NCBI GenBank assembly: GCA_050273025.1
Contig: CP158635.1
Span: 11,532,001-11,596,000 of the forward strand
Direction of reading: 5' to 3'
Length of the DNA: 64,000 bases
DNA from: Cenococcum geophilum
Lineage: Eukaryota
Made by a program: the position numbers and the translations under genes
Part shown: one piece after another, positions 39,877 to 50,691 of the stretch
Layout of the letters: each line of letters starts with the position of its first letter
How positions within the stretch are numbered: the first letter of the stretch is position 1
The notes under the pieces: model-generated
What the model was told of the DNA's origin: nothing
Databases searched by the model: none
The model's input: only the letters and a program-made list of their open reading frames with translations

Positions 39877-40709
39877 CTATTGCCAAACATTTCCGCAGGC
39901 GCAACACACGTAGTAGAGTTTCTGATAGCCATAGCGTGGGTTAACTATGCTTGAATGAATATAAGAAAAGAGACAGGTAAACTCTCACCATTCCTGTTTC
40001 AGCAGTTCGCTGCTGTGATTGGAAGAAAACCGCCTCGTTCTCGCCACAAGTTGGACAGGGTTTTTGAATCCTGGGCAGCTATACGCAAGAAAAGACGACA
40101 TAAGTTAGCCAAGCATAGCCCAAAGATGAGCGCAACAAGCGACGAAACAACGTGCGAGCACGCTCAGGTCTTTGAAAAGTGCTTGTTCTCCTGTTGAGGG
40201 GTTGAACTGTGATGTGGAGTGGAGGAGCGAGTAATGGGACCATAAAGAGCAGACTCTTCGTCGTCAGCTTCGATGTAGAAGCCATTTTCTGTCTCCTGGC
40301 CGCATATCTCGCAGAAGACCTCCTGTCCACACATTGTACAAAAGTCGGGAAGGGGGCCGGAAAGAGATGTGTCGGAAAGAGAGTCGGAAAGACCAACCGT
40401 TGGGTCCTGGCCGACGTCCTGGGTGATGCCGGCGGTGTCTCCAACCGTCGATGCTATCTCATGGCGCATAACACAGGCAGATGGGGCGGGCTCTGTAAAA
40501 GAGCAAGTGCGGCATGCGAAGAGCAGCTGACTGTTTTCCTTGTCTTCCTTAGGGAAGAGGAGGTTGGAACTGTTTTGGAGAGTTTAATTAGTAAATGCGC
40601 ATAAAGATAGAATGATGCGGTTGACTCACCATTCTGAACAGAAGCGAAACAGAATCTTCTTGGGCGCCGCTTCTGCCGCAGTCTCAGAGGCTTCTGGTGA
40701 TGCAGACAT
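39877..40709 (-). CDS. RPB9: RNA polymerase II subunit RPB9
   Basis: Exons 40709-40630, 40569-40398, 40078-39989, 39921-39877 give FRFCSECSNLLFPKED..FACRTC..QDVGQDPT|LPRIQKPCPTCGENEAVFFQSQQRTAETGM|KLYYVCCACG. Confidence 0.95.
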
Positions 40710-41207
40710 ACTTTACGGCTGCTGAATGGGGAGTGACGAGTGCTTGGTGTTGCGGTGAGTGTGGAGGGTGCGGGGTTGGCGGGTAGCAGCAGAGGTTAGC
40801 GTTTGGGAATGCGGGCCTACACTTGTCGTATTAAAAGGGTTGGGAGTCGGTGCTGAGAAACTGAAGAAACTAAGAGGACGATGCGCGTGAGACAGCTTCT
40901 TGAAGAGGCTGTGAATGGCTTCAGAGTCATTTGGCGCTAGCAGCCGCAATCAGAATTAATTACGACACCTGACTCATCTACCCTTGGCGTGTAACTAATC
41001 ACCTGGGCAGCGGAAGTGCCACTCGTGCCGCTCAACACCCCGCGAGCACAGACGAGGCTCACTGCGGCGAACCGTCCCACGAGTATTTGACAGCTCGAGT
41101 TCCACCGCTAGTCAAGTCGCCGCGGTTACGGCTTCATTGCACCGCTATCTCATCGAAGAGTCCTTTCCACACCTGTCCCCTTCCCTGACGAAAGAAATCG
41201 CATAGCT

Positions 41208-41994
41208 ATGATGGTACGTCCCTACGCCTTTTTCCGATTAGTATCGTCTACTTGCCGCTCCAGTCATCAATTGTTGACTCACATCTCTTGTCGCAGGAGG
41301 AATCAGGTCTTCCATCAGGCTGGGAAGTCCGCCGCTCAAATACGAAGAACCTACCATACTACTTCTGCCCTGGAACCAAAGAGTCGAGATGGGAACCCCC
41401 AGCAGATACAGATCCAGAGAAGCTGAAGGTCTACATGGCGAAATTTCATAGCTCTAAAGGCCTGAATGCGGAAGGCCCCGGTAACCATGATGGAAAAATT
41501 CGATGCGCACACTTATTGATAAAGCATTACGGCAGTCGTCGACCTGCTAGTTGGCGTGAGGCTAAAATCACCCGCTCCAAGGAAGAGGCCATGAGCATTA
41601 TTCTGGCTCACGAAGCGCGGATTCGAGCGGGAACGACAAGTTTGGGAGACCTTGCCATTACCGAATCTGACTGCAGTAGTGCGCGGAAGAGAGGTGACCT
41701 GTAAGTTGGGCCAGCGCCAGCGGGTCTGGCATATATTGATATAGGTTGGGCAGCACTCACTAACGAACTCGTGATAGGGGCTTCTTCGGTAGAGGTGATA
41801 TGCAAAAGGAGTTTGAAGATGCTTCATTTGCACTCAAACCCGGTGAGGTTAGTAGGGTGGTGGAAACAGCCTCGGGATTGCACTTGATCGAGAGGTAAGC
41901 TTTTCTCTGCACGTTCGGAAGCTTTATCACCACTCGTCCACGTGGCATCACAGCTACTAATTTAAAAAACTTTGCTCTACTTAGACTTGAGTAG
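41208..41994 (+). CDS. ESS1: Parvulin peptidyl-prolyl isomerase Pin1/Ess1 (WW + PPIase)
   Basis: Exons 41208-41213, 41297-41700, 41778-41894, 41985-41994. WW domain [20 protein letters not shown]; PPIase [40 protein letters not shown]. Confidence 0.95.
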
Positions 41995-43005
41995 GTGTTC
42001 ATGGTGCCGTCTTCGGCGTTTGGATTATGCTATGCGGTCGTCCAAATGGGTGTATGGAGCAATGCCAGTGGCACAAATATAACGCACCTTTCTTGCCCAC
42101 GAGGTCCCAAGGGTTGGTTGGCGTGGTTCGGAGAGATAAGCCCATAAATGGCATAAACATTTTGGGGGCATGGGTCGTCATGAGGACATTGAAACCAAGT
42201 AATTACACGTGTTACTACGGAATCTACAACCTCTATCACGCAGTTTGTCAAACGATGCACCTCCTGTCTATTTTTGCTTATCCACCTACCACGCTATCAT
42301 ATGACTACTAACCAGGCGTCTAGCCTCCCCAGACTAAGGGTTTTTACGGAATGCAGATGCCGGTAGAGACTAAAAGGTATATCAATACCAAAGGCCCTCC
42401 CAACCAAGCGACGAGGAGCAGAAGATTTTTGCACCAACACAACGGGGCATCTTAGCCCAACACCAAGTATCAATTCTGCAGCGTAGATCCTGCAACGCCA
42501 TTCCCTCTCGTGGCGTTCCCGGGATCGATTTACCCACCCGAGACAACCCGATCCTCGCCACGGCATCAAAAAGTCGGACAGACCAATTGTGTCTGACACT
42601 CCCGGTACCTGCTTTGCAAGACCATCACAACTCGAAAGATGGCCTAGACTCAACTCCGCCAAGTGCCACCCCGCATTGGCCCGTCACATCACGCCAGCCC
42701 TGCCTCTCCCGCTTGCAGCCGCTCTTCCAAAGGGTTTGGGCTTTCGGGTCCACGCATCGCCCTCCGATTCGGTCAGATCATCCTGACCAACGAGTTGCGT
42801 CAGGTTACTATCCACCCCGGAGCTGCGATAGAGTTTCCTAAAACCTTCATTTACCGCAAGACTCCCCCGCCACGACTGTTCTTCATCCCGCAGCAGCCCG
42901 CTAAGATCGCCCTCACGCCCCGATCGTCCTCACCACCTAGGCAACACCAATTGAGTCTCCGCCATCATCTCCGCCTCTGACAAAATTATTACTACCTGAC
43001 CGGTC

Positions 43006-43893
43006 ATGGCCGTCGCTCCTGCGTCTCCCTCTCATGGGAAACCCATCTATGCTTCTCCGACCAGCAGGAATCCCAATCACCAACGCCGCCCATCTGTGCG
43101 TCGTTCCTTCTCCGCTACATCCCCGATTCCGTCCACTCCCAAAATCGAGACTCCCCGGACTCCATGCCCTAGGGATGGAGATGCTTTCAGCTATAACCCA
43201 GCTCATCTCCCGGCGTGGTACATGCCACAAGACCTTTGGGCTTGCCTTCCCCGCCAACTTCTCGCAAGCTTAGCTGCCATGCAGCATGCCGGAGCTGCCG
43301 TCCTTACTGGCTTTGAGCGGCTTGAAAATCTGAGCGGGTCTCTAAATTCTGTGCCCGAGGAGAAATCTCAATTAGGCGGACCCGAGCTTGGAGATCGCTT
43401 CGCTACTACTATCGTCAAACCGCGCACTGCAAGCAACGCTAGCAGCGCGCGACACGACTCTGGCTTCTCCTCGCCAATATCAGCATCGCCACCTTCATCC
43501 GTCTCCTCTTCTCCTCTCCTCTCCTACAACCATCCAATCGCATCCATCTCTCCCCTATCGCTCTCTCCGACCATGAATGCTGCTGCCCAAACCAGTCATC
43601 ATCACCGCCGCGCCTTCACTACTCCTCTCAACCCACACAATGCTTACTATGCTGCCGAGCTATCCTACTTGCGCACCGACTCGCTTCCACGCCTCCGACA
43701 TTCCGCTCGCAGAGTCGAGACGGAATGGGCGGAGTGCAAGCGTGCTGACCGTGCGTTTGCAGACTCGGGCGCAGAGTTCGAGGCATGGTGGGTTGGGAAG
43801 AAGGAATTGGTCGGCAGTTTGGACGACAAGGGCAAGAGACTCAGCATGTCGGTGGGTGTCGGAGTGATGAGCATGGGGTGGTGGGGTGCATGA
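43006..43893 (+). CDS. Hypothetical Ser/Pro-rich fungal protein (295 aa)
   Basis: Long uninterrupted ORF with ordered-looking blocks (YNPAHLPAWYMPQDLW; YAAELSYLRTDSLPRLRH; FEAWW). No domain recognised. Confidence 0.75.
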   Translation: MAVAPASPSHGKPIYASPTSRNPNHQRRPSVRRSFSATSPIPSTPKIETPRTPCPRDGDAFSYNPAHLPAWYMPQDLWACLPRQLLASLAAMQHAGAAVLTGFERLENLSGSLNSVPEEKSQLGGPELGDRFATTIVKPRTASNASSARHDSGFSSPISASPPSSVSSSPLLSYNHPIASISPLSLSPTMNAAAQTSHHHRRAFTTPLNPHNAYYAAELSYLRTDSLPRLRHSARRVETEWAECKRADRAFADSGAEFEAWWVGKKELVGSLDDKGKRLSMSVGVGVMSMGWWGA

Positions 43894-44480
43894 GTGCTAG
43901 TGAGGTGGTTTGTGGCAGTGAACCAAAATGCCCAGAGACGGAAGGGGGAACGCAGGCTAGAGTGGGTGGAGCTGATAGTGGTTAAGATACACGCATAGGG
44001 CAGGTGGGAAGGGGAAAAGTGCTGCGGGTCGAGGCTGTTTGGCGCTGCATGATGGGAGTATGACGAAAGAGAAAAGTTTAGATTTCCTACGTAATTTCTT
44101 GGGGCTTGTGTGACGATATTCCTTCTTCCATTCTTCATGACATCTATCTGGGCTTTAGTAAAGTAGCCGTGATGATTCTCTTTGTTTTAGTATCAGGATT
44201 GACTGAAGCTCGCGCTATGGAATATTTCCTTAACACTATCTTAAGAGCCTTAAGATGCCTTTCGTGCAACCACATGTCCTACTAAGCTCGTGCCCTGTGC
44301 TACTGATAGCTCTTTGCCCCTCATCCCTGACGGGAGCTGCCGCTGCCCCTTCATTCGACCCTCAAAAAGCAAGCCGAAATCCCAGCTATCTACTCGACCG
44401 TTGGGACGGGAAGAAAAAGAAAAGCTGGTGGCCTAAGATGCTCCATGTGGATGGTCAGCGACGTGGAAAGCTTGGCTCCG

Positions 44481-44558
44481 CATCAGGCGTGCTCAGACCA
44501 TCAGGCGTGCTCAGACCATCAGGCGTGCTCAGACCATCAGGCGTGCTCAGACCATCAG
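44481..44558. repeat. Perfect 18-bp minisatellite, 4.3 copies
   Basis: (CATCAGGCGTGCTCAGAC)x4 + CATCAG. Confidence 0.97.
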
Positions 44559-45262
44559 TTCATATCGAAAGACACACTGCTTGCCCATCTGAGCCGCATA
44601 CCCGTCTATCTCCTCGTGGATCGACGGAATTAACTTGTGGAGCCTACTAGGTATGTACATGCGACCTAAGATCTAGACAGTACCGGGACGAAGGAATTGG
44701 TTTTGTTTAATACAGCTTAGAGCGTAAGAAGTGGGGTAAATCTTAGGGTAAGATGAAGCTATGCTGCAGTATACAGTTTTGGGCCTGAAACCGTTCCAAG
44801 TTTCCCAAGCGATCGCTTTTCGTTTGCCAATGGGTGAGTACCATGGTCTTGGATCTAAGTGGACTGAAACGCTGCTTTGATATCTTTTTATCCACGTGGT
44901 CGTCTCCGAGCAGTGCTATTCTTCCTGCATTCAATCTAGGAGGAGCTATGCACGATCATACTTTTGCCCTTCCCTCTTCCATGCAATGCAGTGCAATGCG
45001 ATGCAATGCAATGTCTCCGTGCGTTCCACCCTTCCATGACTTCCGAGGTTCCTTCATTTGCTTCACACGTTCGCTATTCAGTCTTCAACACCAACACTAA
45101 TCACTCAGCGCTTCTAATCTCACGAAACCCGAAACTGCCCCAGTCACGCAAACTCCACCCCATGTCCATCCCGCTCCACAAGCCCGCAGGCCGCAGCGGC
45201 CCAACCCGCCTCCTGCACAGCCGTCCCAAAAAAGATTCCAACCCAACCTCACTACTGCATCG

Positions 45263-45660
45263 CTACCGTACTTCATAAGCCTCGAGCGCCTTCTCCATAT
45301 CCGCTAGGCTCATGCGATCGCCATACGCGTCCATCAAGGCGGCATTGCGATCGCTCTTCTCGCTCTCGGCGGGGCTAGGCGAGCTGTGCAGGGGCGAGAG
45401 CGGTGTCGTGCTGAGGACGCCTAATACGACCAGGGAGGCTGCCAGAGCGGTGCTGAGGGGCGTGTTAGTTTGGCAGTTCAGGATTGGTTTGGGGTACGAG
45501 GAATGAGGGAAGGGGGTAAGTACATTTTTCCTGCTCGGCCGCCGGCTTTAGGAATGTTGGGCGTGGTTGGTGGTTTGGAGGTGTGGAATTGGGGCGGTGC
45601 GGGATAAACACGGGCAGCGGTGGAGAAGTGACGCGGTGGAAGAGGTGCGTTTTGAAGCAT
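45263..45660 (-). CDS. Small hypothetical protein (~108 aa) with one hydrophobic segment, possibly mitochondrial; C-terminal exon absent from the ORF track
   Basis: Exons 45660-45524 and 45452-45263, intron GTACTT..CTAAC..CAG. Product MLQNAPLPPRHFSTAAR...ITALAASLVVLGVLS...NAALMDAYGDRMSLADMEKALEAYEVR*. Confidence 0.75.
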
Positions 45661-46498
45661 CGTGACCATGGTGGCGGCGGTGCGTGTCTTTGGATGGGTT
45701 TAGAGAACTGAGAAGGTTGGAATTATATTTGATATGTGCGGGCTGTCCTTGACATTCCCGATATAGAAATATCCGAGGTGAGGTAATTCTAGCACAAGCG
45801 CTTGACAATGCCAGGCACAGGTGAAAGTTTTTCACGAAATATCCCTCATGAAATTAGCCCTTAAGCTCTGAAAAGTCGTCGCTGTATGTGCCAGCAGCGT
45901 ATATACGCAGCTCAAAGCTGCGGTCGCGTCATATGACATAGCTCTGTGCGGGGCGAACAGGTGACCCTCACACCATCATCTGAAGTCTCGCCTAATCCCG
46001 TAACGCTCTCCCGTAGATCAGAGCCTCACCGGCGGGTTAACGATCCTTAACCGGCCGATTTCGCACTGCAGCCTTGCCAAACGTGCGCGCATTGCACTGC
46101 GCCCACGTTGCACCGCGCCGCTGAGTTCAGTGCAGATAACGATGCGGCAGAGCGCTCTCATACGCGGAGCATTGGAACTGCGTAGGCTAATCCCGGGAGC
46201 TTGGTCTGCTGTGATGCTGGGCTTCGCGCGAGTTGGGCGCGTGCTGGGGGGACCTAGGGAGCGTTGGGCGATGGGGTCAGAAGGGGTGAAGTTGGAATGT
46301 TCCGGTTTCTGCCGAGAAGGCTTTTCCGGGAATGTCGGGAGCTGGTTCGCCAGCCCATCACAGACTACTTTCATTTTAATTCAGGATTGCATTGGTTTTG
46401 GGTTTAAGACGGACTTAACATTGCTGTTCGGGGGCTGAACAACCTGTTTGTATTGCTGGTGATAAGTATTACTAAGTGACTTTCGGAAAAGACCTTTA

Positions 46499-46628
46499 TC
46501 CCTTGAACCGTCAATTATCGTCCTACGTTATCGATAAGGATTTGGCCAATCAGGACGCATAGATTTTTAGTGTTTTATGCACGGGCAATATCCTTATCGA
46601 TAACGTAGTTCACTGACGGTTCAAGGGA
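46499..46628. mobile_element. 130-bp MITE (TCCCTTGAACCGTCA TIR family)
   Basis: Perfect 15-bp TIR plus inner inverted repeat CTACGTTATCGATAAGGAT. TA on the left flank. Related sequences at 58728, 59210 and 61454. Confidence 0.8.
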
Positions 46629-47379
46629 CAGTTTAGGGTTTCAATATAGGCTTTGCTGTAGCTGCTGAGAACATCAAGCCGTGCAGAGCATCTGACTAAC
46701 AATCTAGTTGTAATCGAGCTTATGGCAGTAATATGCCCAGATATTTCCTCTACCGATTTAATATCAAATGGTATCTTTGGGAGAAGATGCAATTATGATA
46801 TGCTCCTGTATCGTATTGTCGATCCAGGTCGGATTTTGGTGATTACCCCGTTCCCGTTCTAGTTGCCTATCACCTTATGATTTCATACTATTTCTATTAC
46901 CTTTCTATTACCTATTACCCGATGTCGATTAAGTGGCAATGAGGTAACAGTTTCAAATCAACGTCAGTGTCGACGTCAGCCTTTGACACCTACTTAGTGT
47001 ATATAATGAGGCTCTAGAGCCCCTTGCAATAAGACATAATTATCATTCTTTTTATCTTTTGGTCTTCCGATCGACACGTATAAACTAACAATCCTGGAAG
47101 CTGCCCGACCTAAAAATAGCTAGAGAACCCCCTGCAATACAAATAATTTTGGAGGCTATTCAGGGGGCACGGCAATCCCTCACTATGAAAAGCAAAACAA
47201 AACCCAATTTCCACGGTTCTAAATCGATACATAGTCGACCAAATAGGCACGTAGTGATTGAAAAGGGTTTCTAAGTCGATAGTTTTCTGATTCGCCTCGG
47301 CCAGTCACAGGGATGCGCAGCTATCCCTTACAGGCACATAAAAAATCTCTGTCATTTGCAGATGACAGCCAAAAAGGCG

Positions 47380-47520
47380 TAGACCCACTGGGGATCGAAC
47401 CCAGGACCTTTCGCGCTTTGAAAGCTAATCACCCAGATGTGAAGCGAACGCTAGCGAATATTAGATAGAACATAAGGGGATGTTGGATGCAACATACTCA
47501 TACCACTAGACCATGAGTCT
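47380..47520 (-). tRNA. tV(CAC): tRNA-Val(CAC) with two intervening sequences
   Basis: Acceptor stem AGACTCA/TGGGTCT plus discriminator A. A box TGGTCTAGTGG. Anticodon arm TTCGC-TTCACA^C-GCGAA with a 22-nt canonical intron at 47437-47416. T arm CTGGG-TTCGATC-CCCAG. TTTTT terminator at 47375-47371. D stem is complete only after removing 47497-47451. Confidence 0.88.
47451..47497 (-). other. Spliceosomal-type intron (47 nt) in the tRNA D-stem between positions 24 and 25
   Basis: GTATGTTGCATCCAACATCCCCTTATGTTCTATCTAATATTCGCTAG: GTATGT donor, CTAAT branch, TAG acceptor. Confidence 0.75.
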
Positions 47521-48360
47521 TTATATTGAGGCAGAGATTCAGAAATTTTAATAAGTTCTTATATAGAAAAGCATTTTTGGACAAGAGCGTCTTGTAGGAC
47601 TTCGAGGGAGGATTAGACTCTTCAAAGCAATTCCGACGTCGGGACGGAAAATCTTTATAGCTGTTCTTGCACCCTCAACGACTCCCCCACTCTCTACTCT
47701 CCTAAGTGCACATAACACCGCCATATGTTTTATTCAATTCTTCGCTAAGTGTGTGAGCTGAAGGTTGGGCGTACGACTAGGTTTCTGCGCCCATAATCTG
47801 TTTCCGTTACCTGAGATTCGGACTTTCCTTCAAGCTCTATTTGGCTGGCATTTTGGTTGTTTTACTAACGGCCTTTGTTCGACACTTATTGCAACTGCGA
47901 GTTGGGAGAAATGCTATGCTCCGTGTCTTATTCGATGATATAGTTTGTGACATATGCGAGGATTTCTTGTTCGAAGGTGGCGTTTGGACTTGTTGGCTTC
48001 CGTAGGCTATCATTAGCCTGTCAGAGCCGGAATGTCTTACGCTTTATCTCGGTTGGGTTGCTTTGCCTCGTAACCCAACGTATTGCTGGAGGCACTGCCA
48101 TTGCTGGCGGTTCTGAAAGCATTACTTTCAGAAAGGCAATTTCTAATTTATCGGCAAGTTCATCCCATTCAGAGTATACGCTTCTTTACATTTGATTATT
48201 GATATTGTGTATTCATGACACCTCGCACCGCTTCTCATTTATAGTAAGCCAACCTAGCAACCCTGCTAGTGCATGCCTTACTAAATAGATGTTACTTTAA
48301 ACCCCGAAAACCGCAATCATATGATAAAGTTCCAAAGCAATTCTACAAAGCTCTTTAATA

Positions 48361-49864
48361 TCAAATAGACTCGGATGCATCCTCTGTATACGCATTCCTT
48401 AGTGGCACACCTCCGCGTTGAACCCTGCTCTGGGTACTCTGATGTCGAGAAGGCCCTGGTCTACGTGGTCTTCCTGGAGGACTCGCTCTCCGGTGCTGCG
48501 GTAATTCAGCGTGAACTGATTCAGTCAATACAAACGTAAAAATTGTTGTCTTTTTTCATGAAGCAGTGGCCCAATTACTTACTAGAACCTACGTCTATGT
48601 CAGTCCAATTATCATTGGGCTCGGGATCGGCATCGTTCAGACCGCCGTCGAGATCATGGGGCATGCTGTTCCTGCCACCATGCATTGTGAATTGAGAGTC
48701 GTCTTCGTATCCCCCTCCAGGCATAGGATTCCTCAGTATTTTCCCACCAGGTATATGACGGCCACCTCTTCTTCCTCCTCTTCCGTTTCTTTCTCTAGAC
48801 TGCGTGCCGTTACCTCTTGTTCTCTCCATACCGCCGTAGGCGCCGTACGCAGGCATTTCGGAAGAGTCAAAAAGGTTCGAACCATTTCTAACCATGCCAA
48901 GCCGTTGTAAGCTGTATCCAGGACCCCTGCCAAAGATCCTGGCTCCTCTAGGGTCCCGTCGATTTGATGGTCTAATTCCCCCGGGGTCATCGTCACCATA
49001 AGACTTATTGTCATTGAAGGCGCCTCCAAGGCCCCCTCCTTGGTATTGCCTTCCTCGACCATTCCCACCTCTTTGAATCGCCTGAGACAACTGGCCTAAC
49101 CCACCACTAATATGCCCTAACCCATCAGTAATATGATTCAACCGGTCATCCACCCCCCTCAACCCTTTATTCAACTTTCTACCCAATTTCTGAACTCTGA
49201 TAGTTGCCTTTCGGGACCCATCATCCCCATCATCGTCGCTATCATCCCCACCCCTACCCCTACTCCCTCTCCTCCCATTCCCCCTCTTCCCTTTACCCTT
49301 ACCCTCTTTACTTCTTCCCTTTCTACCGTCATCGCCGCACATTCCATTCCCATCACAATTCCTCCCCACCTCCTCCTTCAGCACATACCTATGCTCGCCA
49401 TCCTCAGTTCTACCGTCCCCATACCGCGTGCGAAACAGCACCTGATTCCCCTTACGGCACCTACACTCGCGCGTGCAGAAACACGCATCCAGGAACGGAT
49501 CCCCGGGGAACTGCTCCACCGGCCGCAGTGGCGGGTAGCCCCGGTGGTCATGTCCCAGCTCGCGGAAATCAGGAACTCGTTCTGCGCGCGGCGAGGCCAT
49601 GCGTCGGGGGGGTCGAGCGGCGTGGCGGCGGGCGGGCGTGGCTGGGGCTGGGGCGTATATTGGGGCTACGCGTGGCGAGCGCGGGGGCGTTGGGGTATAG
49701 TAGCGGTTCGGGAGGATGTAGTAAGTGCCATCTCTGCCGTGGCGGTTGTTGTAGCGGTCGCCCCCGTCGGGATAGAGGGTGTGGGCGGGGACGAGGGCGT
49801 ATGAGTAGGGCGGTTGGGCTTTTATAAGGGGGGCCAGGGGTTGGCAGGAGAAGGCGTTTCCCAT
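48361..49864 (-). CDS. Hypothetical Gly/Arg/Pro-rich protein with a small Cys cluster
   Basis: Long ORF, probable start MGNAFSC at 49864. CFCTRECRC motif. Probable terminal intron 48582-48516 (GTAAGT..CAG) extends the frame to TGA at 48361. Confidence 0.65.
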
Positions 49865-50691
49865 GCCCGCCTGCTGGTCGTGAATTGGAGCAGAGCGGGA
49901 AGAGCAAGATTTGGGAGCTTGTTGGTAGAGTCGAGGCGTGTGCGCTGCGACTGAGTGGAAATTGACGTCCTGAAGTTCTGAGGCCAGACAAGTGGCAGTG
50001 TTAGGATGCTTAGGCACCAAACAATTTCATTGAATGGAAATCCGTGGACAACAGTATTAAGTAATATCGTTGCAGTCAGGAAAACAGAAAGATTTGCAAG
50101 TGGATAAAGAAACAGACGGGCTTGGTGTCTGTAATGCGGCATTATGTATGTGCTGGACCGTTTGCAGCTGAGGCAGACTAAGCCAGAAGGAAGACTTCAA
50201 TGTAGGCTGCGGATCGATGTTGGGAATGCTGGGTAGAGGCTGTTTGTGAAGCAGTATGTTGAATGTTTGCTCTAGTATAGGGGTTGCACGAACGACACAA
50301 CCTAAGCATTAAAGTCAGCAGAAGCTGCGACAATGCTATCAGGCAGATAGGCAAACTTTCATAACAGAGTAGCATATCAAATCACGAGAGACAGCTGCTC
50401 CAAGTATTATGAAGTAGTTTTGACAATGTATTGTTCATCCCCTGCATCATGTCTCATCCATTACACAGAGATCTCGTGAAACAGCCACCCGTCAGAACGC
50501 CCAAGATCCAAGACAAACAATAACAAGAATGGAAGGGGATTTGAAAATAAGAGAAGGGAAGCTGTACAGCCAAGACGTGTAAGACCAATTGCCAATAGAA
50601 ACAATATGAATAGTAGTCCCAATGTTCAAACACTGCCGCGCAGCGACGTGTCCAAAAGGAAAGAAAGAGAAGAAGTGCGTTGAATGCCAGC

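Noticed and set aside
44481..44558. Regular repeat that could suggest a CRISPR array
   Set aside because: Head-to-tail 18-mers with no spacers, in a eukaryotic context.
46018..46438. Overlapping 118-aa and 102-aa ORFs
   Set aside because: No motif or splice support; cannot be distinguished from chance in GC-rich DNA.
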